Shown piece by piece: positions 13,901-21,500 of a stretch of DNA of 64,000 nt. A model generated the notes under the pieces. It made no database searches. It was not told the DNA's origin and saw only the letters and a program-made list of their open reading frames with translations. Positions within the stretch are counted from its first letter, which is position 1. The number at the start of each line of letters is the position of its first letter. Source of the stretch: a virus. Made by a program: the position numbers and the translations under genes. The stretch lies in the IMG/VR virus record IMGVR_UViG_3300032235_000715, positions 4,234 through 68,233 of that record. One strand, given 5' to 3'.

Positions 13901-13939
13901 ACTAGAACTACTCCATTAAAATACTCCAATTACCTATAA
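1952..13939 (+). CDS. gp7: Very large baseplate wedge initiator/structural protein (gp7-like, 3995 aa) with a YHYH-type domain and repeated beta modules
   Basis: Lies between gp6 and gp8; QLPAYVREEFP start; FYSTRGTDLSFKILF; HSPIIGWSYDGNPIYGPYG; repeated H-x-F-x-x-G-[DE]-x-V-x-Y and G-x-G-Y modules. Confidence 0.75.
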   Translation: MTEKRIQFNNIIQNQLPAYVREEFPLVAEFLKQYYISQEFQGASTDLIQNIDQYLKLDNIKANIEVTTLTANITFADETIPVLSTVGFPDSYGLLQIDDEIITYTGRTATSFTGCIRGFSGITSLSDQNKPDELVFESSESADHSNKNSDQTDKKVINLSYLFLEEFFNKIKYQLTPGFEKREFYSGLDKYLFLKQSKDFYSTRGTDLSFKILFNVLYGEDVKIIRPQDYLIKPSDAHYEITNDLVVESISGSPYDLERSTLYQDAYGDITKGYVPISRVEKIFTDSSKEYYKLSFDAGYNRDINVNGSLYGNFSIHPKTKLIGDVISGTNTLDVDSTVGFPSAGELSVLYNDGTESIISYTSKSLNQFFGCKNITKTILDKTDIWLNVFAYGTSNKNSNEIIKVRITSVLNKINIVDDSYYYNAEDTAIIRTLGVNPSDESVSNNWFFNISPSIDVLSISDRGNQTYQLITKIDHNLRIGDEINLTISDGTKRSSTVSNIISSDIVEINGQGALDISRFYSIQRNLLKVNSQKYSYLSNQITNVQNVYKIDNKTLVSSPSLPSYNKQPLETYNRTVEFKGVFQNTEISGYPGFTDLINLNVDHGFYTGDSVYYTPSSGDDSLFEEGIYFIQRVNPTTVRFSKSRANLYKSIFVRFNSFIELKNNSKLEDSDFNLKKLDSQKLLREIIHPINEGIQYQTTPGPVGILINGVEILNYKSKDTIYYGSVEKIDVINPGSDYDVINPPTLVISDSVGTGATGYCSVKGSLREIRIIDSGFDYLETPKINISGGNGIGAKASASMKLIDHQLSFNSESKSAFVSITNNTIGFSTFHKFRNAEKVVYRTNAQTAVGGIVTNSSYYVSIEDLYTIKLHKTFDDALVGVNTVVLTSYGTGNHILESYNKKSVISSINIESNGSNYENKKRTVNSSGISTSLGYVNIKSHDFKSGEIVTYSTDGTVIGGLSNNTNYYVTKVDEENFKLSLVGVGTDNQDFYYKTNQQIQFNSTGSGTHTFNYPQIVVEVVGNIGVSTSFKAVVQPIFRGEITSIHLNDNGVGYGSSEIINFNRIPNATLNSGADAQLVPIINDGKIVEVLINNPGRNYNSPPNLNILTNNEGVGAILTPIIENGQIKSIKIVESGGGYNPNSTFITVSAAGTKAELNPVLKSWTVNLFAKYFNKFADDDGFIFYNSNSKYGLQYAHLYTPRKLRENVYAKEIGGKTLYGKYDLIKSNNNEVSSTNHSPIIGWSYDGNPIYGPYGLLNNGSISRMKSGYILNLATDRPPFPSGFFVEDYEYQNVDDESVLDEYNGRFCVTPDFPNGTYAYFTTIDGTSSSSFGGYRLPVFPYIIGNKFKSTPNQFNFDRKSNQDDIDLNKTDWSRNTTPYNLLKKYTSYSYLQLPNDLDQTIDVKYASPGVIENIGIVTGGINYKVNDKIIFDEEETSGFGFAAKVSRIGGKTVNSVSVASTTVYNLEIYPLEGSKNSFIAQSDLPHNFINVDIVSISGLNTTSSLIGGSYTIGVSTNTLSVSSPSGIGSVGVTGIVTFISVSGNLSHLSVRENDVYKIGNEKIKVLNVDKNSSRIRVLRSIDGTVGSAHSYTNVLYETSRRFSINVGNTTSYGYSVNKEFYFNPKESLGVGTVFGVGIGTTLSFSSPGIGASQIFIPTKTIYIPNHNLQTGDVLTYSTNIGTSISVSKDGITSSPLADQSVVYVAKISNDLIGISTVKVGLGTTGTFVGIASTTSSFSTLYFTGIGTGTYHSFKTNYPKLTAQASKNIVTVSTAQTHGITNNDYVFVNVNPGITTSIIVKYDDYNRKVLINPRSFVSGDINISSNSITVLNHNFENGQKVVYTSSSPSGGLVNNKIYYVVVFDKNTIKLSPSYYSATNLIPEIINITSASSGTLSPVNPPIKLYKESTAIFDLSDSSLSYLNGSVRYSAFELNFYIDSNYTQIFDKSFSSKTFEVIKTGIVGVDANAKVSLTVNDNIPQKLYYKLDPVYNSTLPLTKKEVNVDTSVIANNEMQVVYSGYNGEHRVTSTSSTSFTYNLDKTPESLSYSSSSKLNYETTSLSALGSVSKINITSNGQQYTTLPKFSEINSTYGTGAILEASSKSIGNIKKTKLNNIGFDFSCDFTVRPNLIFPQILKIEPLNSIDYIGINSRGRGYLTAPKLVVLDGKSREVLPELDLKYSLTDNYVTILNNTYRLNDITPIIVPTQNSNGVGIKSVSYNSTSKDVTIELSVGFSTSSSFPFAINDNVLIENISVGIASAAKGFNSENYNYQLFTVTSIDPNIGGYGSITYNLGNFLESGETPGTYDNVNSSGRIIPEKYFPKFNVVLKPNDFFENERVRYPNESISLGYVENWNKETKYLKVSSREILKEGNVIEGVSSKTQGIIFSTIKSTGFIDVGSYSKSENGWITETGVLNNELQKIQDNFYYQLFSYSLKSKVPYDTWENAVGSLNHTAGFKKFSDYQLESFGYSGISTDAASVLDTNADIIGFASLNCVYDFDLARENALVLGSKTYSDEITFSSRILTDYFESVGNRVLSIDNISDQFNSNPRSTRFSIVHRFFLSDARAQKYITYVKDQRYTSERQLMLFTLLHDNNMGYLNQYGRVESVYDLGSFDFSINGNEGLILFYPIKYRVNDYQVTTLSYNLKDSLVGVGSTTIGDIVSVNTNTIFVSSGPTTIISIGSTYTSSKILVEVSANNDQYQFNELNLIHDGTNIELLDYGQLTNHSTDAYSSSGLGTYYPYFSGSDLKIDFIPNVGIAASISTIQVAISNTSITGIGTFDIKYARFEARSTSIASTTSPTASIVAEYPEKYDGGYYVVQVSDITNNRHQLSEVIVLDDENEVYITEFGNIETHSGLGTIGAVKTINSTRLTFTPLANIDTQVKVYFNSLANFDEINTSTQYNNNTATSDYNVYYGTERDVKRSFELKHQGNPIFQRYFDASDSSTVSIGSSTIRIQNHFFVTGEKVSYSSGTPTAISSPIGIASTDFGVGIGTTDKLPSSVYIIKVDENNIKLARSVSDALRAAPKILNITSVGIGTRHVFTSLKQNTKTLVSIDNVIQSPVVSTSLTSYLSTNVLSVDDLIYIDSTEGLISGDLIRIDNEIMKIEAIGIGSTNSIRVARPWLGTNLTSHSIGTSITKVTGNYNIVENTINFVEAPYGNIPIGTSTNPPDERDWVGITSSSSFHGRVFMRSGVTDSSNESYYKNHIFDDISSRFTGSQKTFTLTSNGSNISDMYEDNAVVLINEIFQEPGLTNNYTLSESVGVTSISFVGSATSQSSDTNTSNLPSGGIIVSVGSTKGFGYQPLVSAGGTAIVSVAGTISSISIGNSGSGYRSSIQTLSGIATVTVRVGVATSSTGTPNIEFIGTAAVSRGNIVSIAITNPGIGYTTSNPPYVIIDAPLSYSDIPLIYSSSSSGIGTRATIDVIVGQGSSVIEFEIKNTGYGYEIGDILTIPVGGATGIPTTPNSTIKEFQISVDNVDRDKFSGWSIGELEAFDNIQILFDGKRVIFPLTYNGTTTSVYAKRGSLINIQDVLLVFVNDILQVPGEGYIFKGGSKIQFTEPPKSEDTCKIIFYKGSGDGVDVIFRDVIDTVKIGDDLQLTYDSFIGQSPSLLEDERKVVDILSIETVETNPYFGPGNTGNETLSRPLIWCRQTEDLIINEKEVAKNREFYEPFIYPSTHIIQSVGVGTSIIYVENLRPFFNPLNENNISLEFQNNITLISQDTKVSASATAIVSVAGTISSINILDGGSGYDSAPIVTIQNPIGIGSTTSTAISFITSGIVTSISITGVVTGYSSMNPPVVLIEPPTIDIESNKVASYEGDFGIISGISTVSVGVASTGIVFDFFIPQNSPLREGMISGITTISGIQTNYYFVVSNSNVGNGVTSLDSLRKIVGSGKSFLDGVYQVSSVSIAQTSVVGLGITYVAKVIVSVSGYNGLSGIGYSNYYGNFSWGRIKLKSRTKSESYNAYTNSGYSGISTGTLVTRTTPLKYSNYL

Positions 13940-13963
13940 TAAATAGATAAAAAACTCCGTCAA

Positions 13964-15529
13964 ATGTCCGCAATTATAACTGATCAAATTAGAATATTAA
14001 ATGCAAAAAACTTTGTTGCTGGAGTAACCACCTCTACTAATTCATATTACACTTTTGTTGGACTTCCCAACCCATCAAATATTCAAATTGATTGGGATAC
14101 AAATCCTCCGGCACCAAGAGATAATTTTGATGAAGAAAATAATTATTGGGATACGATGATTGCTCTGAAGAAAATAAATTCTTCAGATGTTCGTCAGGTC
14201 ATTCAAAAGAGAATTTGGTCTTCTGGAACAACTTATGACTACTATAGGCACGATTATAGTAGATCAAAGGTTGCTCCAGTTTCTGGTGCTACAAGTTTAT
14301 ATTCTTCATCATACTATATTTTAAATAGTGACTACAGAGTTTACATATGCCTCCAAAATGGAACTAGTCCAGATTATCCAAGTGGTAGACCTTCTCTAGA
14401 TGAACCAACATTTGTGGATTTAGAACCAAGAGCAGCTGGAACAAGTGGAGATGGGTATATTTGGAAATATCTTTATACCATTAAACCAAGTGATATTGTA
14501 AAATTTGAATCAACAAATTTTATGCCGGTCCCATTAGATTGGGAAACAAGTGTAGATAATTCTTCAATAAGAAATAATGCTGTCGATGGATCAATTAAAA
14601 TAATTACTATCACAAATAGAGGAGTTGGTGTAGGAACAGCAAATAGAACTTATACTAGAGTTCCTATTAGAGGAGATGGAACTGGTGCAGAATGCACCAT
14701 TGTCGTTAACAATGACCAACAAGTAGAATCAATAGTTGTATCAAATCAAGGTTCTGGGTATACTTATGGTAATGTTGATTTAGTTGTAGGAAATGTCCCA
14801 ACGGGATCTGTTAAACCAACATTCGAAGTGATTATTTCCCCTAAAGGAGGTCACGGAGCAGATATCTATAGAGAGTTGGGTGCATATAATGTTTTACTTT
14901 ATTCTAGAATTGAAAATGATTCGGAAAATCCAGATTTTATAACAGGAAATCAAATTGCAAGAGTTGGTATTGTTGAAAATCCGAAACAATTCGAATCAAC
15001 GCAGTTATTAAACACAAATAAAGCAAGTGCAACATATGCAATAAGATTAACTGGCATTGGGTATAGTTCAGCAACATTTAATCCAGATTCATTGATCACT
15101 CAAACTGTTGGAACGGGAATTACTGCTTCAGGGAGAGTTATTAGTTATGATCAGACGACAGGAGTTCTTAAGTATTGGCAAGACAGAACTCTTGCTGGAT
15201 TTAGCACTGGAAGCACATCTGTTGGTATAGCACAAACTAACCCACAGTATGGATTTGATCTCGTTGAATTCACTAGTAATCCTACTGGAAGTGGAAGTTT
15301 AGTAATTGTTGGAAATACAGGTGCTACCTTATCAATTAGCACATCTTTTACAGGTATATCTACCGTAATAAATAGTAGGACCTACTATCTTGGTCAGTCT
15401 TTTGTAAATGGTCTAGCAAATCCAGAAGTCAAAAAGTATTCTGGAAATATCATTTATGTTGATAATAGACCAGCAATTACTAGATCATCAAACCAAAAAG
15501 AAGATATTAAAGTCATTTTGCAGTTCTAA
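13964..15529 (+). CDS. gp8: Baseplate wedge subunit gp8
   Basis: MSAIITDQIRILNAKNF start, YRVYICLQNG, DGYIWKYLYTI, and C-terminal SGNIIYVDNRPAITRSSNQKEDIKVILQF. Confidence 0.92.
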   Translation: MSAIITDQIRILNAKNFVAGVTTSTNSYYTFVGLPNPSNIQIDWDTNPPAPRDNFDEENNYWDTMIALKKINSSDVRQVIQKRIWSSGTTYDYYRHDYSRSKVAPVSGATSLYSSSYYILNSDYRVYICLQNGTSPDYPSGRPSLDEPTFVDLEPRAAGTSGDGYIWKYLYTIKPSDIVKFESTNFMPVPLDWETSVDNSSIRNNAVDGSIKIITITNRGVGVGTANRTYTRVPIRGDGTGAECTIVVNNDQQVESIVVSNQGSGYTYGNVDLVVGNVPTGSVKPTFEVIISPKGGHGADIYRELGAYNVLLYSRIENDSENPDFITGNQIARVGIVENPKQFESTQLLNTNKASATYAIRLTGIGYSSATFNPDSLITQTVGTGITASGRVISYDQTTGVLKYWQDRTLAGFSTGSTSVGIAQTNPQYGFDLVEFTSNPTGSGSLVIVGNTGATLSISTSFTGISTVINSRTYYLGQSFVNGLANPEVKKYSGNIIYVDNRPAITRSSNQKEDIKVILQF

Positions 15530-15535
15530 AGAATT

Positions 15536-18500
15536 ATGTCTCAAGTCACAAACCTCAATGTATCGCCATATTTTGACGATTTTGATGCAAATAATGACTA
15601 TCATAAAGTTCTTTTTAAGCCTGGATATCCAATTCAAGCAAGAGAACTGACCACTTTACAAACTATTCTACAAAATCAAGTAGAAAAATTTGGTCAGCAC
15701 TTTTTCAAAGAAGGTGCAAAAGTTATTCCGGGAAATACTTCATATAATCAATTTTACTATGCCGTAGAATTAAACAATACTTATTTGGGAGTTCCTTTAG
15801 ATGCTTATGTAGAGCAACTTGTTGGATCAAAGATTACCGGACAAACTTCAGGAATTACTGCAGTTGTAGAAAAGGTATTACTGTCTACAGACTCCGAAAG
15901 AGGAAACGTTACTTTATATGTAAACTATTTGAGTTCTAGTACTCAAAATAATTCAACAGTTCAGTTTTTAGATGGCGAAAGTATCTCTTCAAATGTCACT
16001 ATTACTTCTGGTCTGTTAGGAAACACCTCCATTTCTGCAGGAACTCCATTTGGTATTACTGTTACTAGCAATGCAACTTCAATTGGTTCAGCATTCTCAA
16101 TTACGGAAGGGGTTTATTTTATTAGAGGATACTTTGTAACTGTAAATACAGAGACTCTTATCTTAGACCAATATTCAAATACTCCAAATTATAGAGTTGG
16201 GTTATTTGTAAATGAGGAAATTATTAATTCTGATATTGATGAGACACTAAATGATAATTCTCAGGGATTTAACAATTATGCTGCTCCAGGTGCAGACAGA
16301 TTAAAAATTTCGGTTTCACTATTCAAAAAAGATCTGAACGATTTTAATGATAATAATTTTATCGAGTTAGCATCTATTGTAGATGGAGTAATAAAAACAG
16401 TTAGAACTCCTAAAGAATATAATTTAATTCAAGACGAATTAGCAAGAAGAACGTATGCAGAATCTGGAGATTATTATGTAACACCTTTTGATTTAAATAT
16501 CAAAGAGTCTCTGAATGATGGAGTAGGGAATAGAGGTATATTTAATACTGGACAATTTACTTATGGCGGTTCAACACCATCGGAAAATCTTGCCATTTAT
16601 CAGATTTCTCCAGGTAAAGCATTTGTAAGGGGATATGAAGTAGAAACTGTTTCGCCAGTCTTATTAGATTCTGAAAAACCAAGAACTGTCGCAACTCTTA
16701 ATGATCTTTCAATCAATTATAACACGGGATCATCACTCACACTAAACCGAGTATTTGGTTCTCCCCTTATTGGAATAGGAAATACTTACGTTTTAAGTTT
16801 AAGAGATTCTAGAGTTGGTACAGCATCAACAATAGCAGCAGGAAAAGAAATTGGTGTCGCAAGAGTTTATGATTTTAGATTAGAATCTGGATCGTATGAT
16901 ACAACAAATTCAGATTTAAACCAATGGAATATTTCTCTTTATGATGTTCAAACAACAACTGAAGTCACATTAAATCAACCAATTACACTTTCTGTTCCTA
17001 CTTTTATTAAGGGCAAAAATAGTGGCGCAACTGCTTTCTTAAAAAATTCAGTAACTAATAGTGCATCAATTGTTCTTTATCAAAAAAATGGCGAATTCAT
17101 TCCAAATGAATCATTTATTATTGATGGAATCAATAATAATAGAGTTGCAATAGCAATTACTTCATATGGAATTACTGATATAAAATCTGTCCACGGTATT
17201 GTAGGATCTGCAACAACTTTTAATGCAGATACAGTTCAATCTGATTATTTCAATGTAGGAATTGCTACTATTAGTGCTTCAAGTGGTGGCATTAGTACAA
17301 TTACCAGTTCAAATGAAAACTTCCCAGGTAAAATAGTTAAATCTGGCAATCTTGTTAGATTTAGTAATGGATCATCTTCTTTACCAGTATATGCAAGTGT
17401 AGTAAGCGTAGGAAAAACAACAATTTCAATTTCCGGTGTTGCTACGGTAACTGGTATTAATCAGGGTGGTTTACCAACATCACTTCTAAATGTTTCTGAT
17501 TTGAAAATTTTAGGAACTAAATTATCTAAATCTACAGATGATACTTTATATACAGTTTTACCTAGACCAAATATATCTTCAGTAGACTTAACTAATGCAT
17601 CTTTAACCATCAGAAAGACTTTTAATGTAACTATCGCTGATAATCAATTATCAACACCAGTTACTGCTGGAGAAAATGAAACCTTCTTACCTTTTGATGA
17701 AGAAAGATACACTTTAATGAGATCTGATGGAAGAACAGAGGTTCTTACTTCGGACAAATTTGATTTTATTAATGGATCAACTCAAATTCAAATTTATAAT
17801 TTGGGTTCTAATGGAAGCGCGACACTTGTTGCAACTTTAAGAAAGATTAAACCAAAATCAAAAATCAAGTTAAAAAATAGAGTTAATTCTATTCTTGTTG
17901 ATAAATCCAAGTACGAAGCATCTGGACTTGGCGCAACTACTCTGAACGATGGACTTACTTATGGAAATTATCCATATGGAACAAGAGTTCAAGACGAAAG
18001 CATTTCACTCAATGTTCCAGATATTGTTAATGTTTATGGCGTTTATGAATCAAGGACAACTGCAGATCCATCAGCACCTACTTTTGTTCTTTCTTCAATA
18101 AACGGTCCAACAACTAAAACCACCGATTTAATCATTGGTGAGCAATTTGTTGGTCAGTTAAGTGGTGCAATTGGTGTATATGCAGAAAGATTAACAGATT
18201 CTCAAATTTCGTTTATTCCATTAAATGAAAATACCTTCAAGGAAGGGGAAACGATTACTTTCGCAGAATCTAATATTCAAGCAATTATTACAACTATTGA
18301 TGCTTCTAGTTCCAGTATTTCATCAAACTTTAAGTTTGATAATGGACAAAAAGGATCCTTCTATGGATATGGTGCAATCAATAGAGTACCTTCATCACCA
18401 GAACCTTCTAAAAAAATAAAAGTATATTTTGCCAGTGGTTATTATCAAGGTTCAGACAATGGCGATATTACAACAGTAGAGTCTTATCGTGGTTTTGATT

Positions 18501-21500
18501 ATAAGAAAGACATTCAAATTATAAACTCAGTAAGAAACTCTGATATGATTGATATCAGACCAAGAGTTTCTCCTTATACAGTAGCGGTAAATTCGAGATC
18601 ACCACTTGAATTTTATGGAAGACTTTTTAATGGATCAGGAAATTCGTCGGCAAATATTTTAGCATCTGATGAGTCCATTGTTACTACATTTTCATATTAT
18701 CTCGGAAGAATTGATAGAATCTATGTACGTAAAGATGGAACATTCCAGGTTAAGTATGGAGTTCCTTCCGAAAAACCAGAAAAACCTGTTAATGTTGAGG
18801 ATGCACTGGAAATTGCAACTGTAACTTTACCTCCATATCTTTTTGATATATCTCAAGCTTCTGTTCAATTCCTTGAGCATAAGAGATATAGAATGGTTGA
18901 TATCAAACAACTTGAAAATAGAATTAAAAATCTTGAGTATTATACTGCATTATCAACCCTCGAATCAAGCACTGCAAACTTATTTGTTCCCGATTCAAGT
19001 GGATTAGATAGATTTAAATCTGGATTCTTTGTTGATAATTTTAGTTCATTAAATTCACAAGAAAGTGGTGTACCATTTGAAAATAGTATTGATCCTAAAA
19101 ATAAAGAACTAAGACCAAAACACTACACTACTGCCATTGATTTAATTGCAGGTCCTGTGGAAGGAGTAGATTCTCAAGCAGACCTTGCATTTGAAGCACC
19201 AGAAGGAAATAACATAAGAAAAACTGGAGATTTGATCACTCTTGATTATGCAGAAGTCGAATGGTTAAAGCAAATTTTTGCAACTAGAACTGAAAGTGTG
19301 ACCCCATTTATTATTAGTTTCTGGCAAGGAACTGTTGAACTTACTCCAGCAACAGATACTTGGATTGATACTGTAAGATTAGATGCAAAAATTATTAACG
19401 TTGAAGGAAATTATGCCCAAACAATGGCTCTTGCTCAACAACAATTCAATGTAGATCCACAAACTGGTTATTCACCAACCGTTTGGGGTGCTTGGGAAAC
19501 TAATTGGACTGGCAAAGAAGTTATTGAAACTGTTAAAACCAGAACAGATACTTCTTATAATTATGGATATTATGGAAATTGGTGGTGGGGATGGCCTTAT
19601 GGGTATGGTTATGGATATTGGGGGCACTATGGATATTATGGGTGGCGTAGAGGATATACAACAACTACAGTTACTCAAGATAATTACAGAGAAGTAAAAG
19701 AAACTGGCGTCCAATCAAGAACTGGCACAACAACTTTCGTTTCTGAACAGTTTGATAAAGAATCAATTGGAGATAAAGTTGTAAGCAGAGATCTGGTTCA
19801 ATATTTAAGGTCAAGAAACATTCAATTTGTTGCTAAAAATGTAAAACCATTAACTCAAATTTATGCATTCTTTGATGGCGTAGATGTAACTAAGTACTGT
19901 ACACCAAAACTATTAGAAATCACTATGGTTTCTGGTGTATTTGCAGTTGGTGAAACTGTTATTGGTACAATTCAAAAAACAGGTCTAAATGTAACTGTAA
20001 TTAACGAAAGTGATCCGCGAATTACATTTAGAATTGCGCAATCAAATCACAAAGAAGGTCCATATAATGTCCCATCATCAACATATCCTCTAAATCCGTA
20101 TACAAGTCAAACTCTCCCTGCAACATATTCTTCTACAAGCACTATTTTAAATGTAGACACATTTTCACTGTGTGCTCAATATCAAGGAGAATTTAGTGGT
20201 TGGGTTCAATCGGGAATGACTCTAGTTGGAAAAACAAGTGGTGCTCGTGCAACTATTGCTAATGTAAGACTAATTTCTGATGTTTATACCTCCTTAATTG
20301 GTAGTTTCTATATTCCAAATCCAAACATATCCGTAAATCCAAGATTTGAAAATGGTTCAAAAACCTTTACATTGATAAACAGTATTATCAATGATAGAAA
20401 TCTTGCTTCTACAGTATCTGAGGAAAAATTTATTTCAAGTGGAACTATTGAAACTGTTCAAGAAAATATTATTTCCACTAGAAATGCAAGGATTGAGCAA
20501 AAACAAGATCTTCAGCAGAATAATGTTTCCAGAACTACTGGAGCTCAATTAGTAAGTAGTAATGTTATTTCAAAAACAACTAATTGGAATAGATGTCCTT
20601 GGTGGGATCCTCTTGCACAATCATTCTTAGTCCAGGAAGAAAGTGGTATTTTCCTCACAAAATGTGATATTTTCTTCAAAACAAAGGATGATGCAGAAGT
20701 TCCAGTATTGTTCCAAATAAGAACAATGCAGGGAGGATACCCCACACAGACTGTTCTTCCATTCTCTGAGATTACGTTAGAACCTGATCAAGTTAATATT
20801 TCTAATGATGGATCTGTTCCGACTTCGTTTGTATTTAAATCACCAGTTTATCTAGAAGGCGGAAAGGAATATTCAATTGTTATTGGATCAAATTCAAACA
20901 AATATAATGTTTTTATCTCCAGATCTGGTGAAGTTGATATTCTCACACAGTCATATGTAAACCAACCTTATCTTGGATCACTATTCAAATCACAAAATGC
21001 ATCAACCTGGGAACCAAGTCAGTGGGAAGATTTGAAGTTTACCCTCTATAGGGCAGATTTCTTAACTTCTGGTAGTGTAGAGTTCTATAGTCCAGAATTA
21101 TCACTAGGAAATTCTCAAGTTCCAACATTATTACCAAATTCTCTTAATCTTAATTCAAGAAAAGTTAGAATTGGATTATCAAGTGCATTAAGTGATAATA
21201 ATCTAACCTTAGGAAATACAGTTCTCCAACAAGGGACTAATGCAACTGGCAATTATGTAGGAAATGCTGGAATCGCCACGGGAACACTTCAAGTTATTAA
21301 TGCTGGTATCGGTTACACTCCATCCTCTGGTAGTTTAACATTTAGTGGAGTTGATTTAGTAACAGTTACTGGAAGTGGTAGAAATGCAAAAGCAAATATT
21401 ACAATTTCAAACGGAGTTGCAATAGCAGCTACAGTTTCTGTGTCGGGAAATGGATATCAAGTTGGTGATGTGCTTGGCATTTCTACTTTAGGCGCATCTT

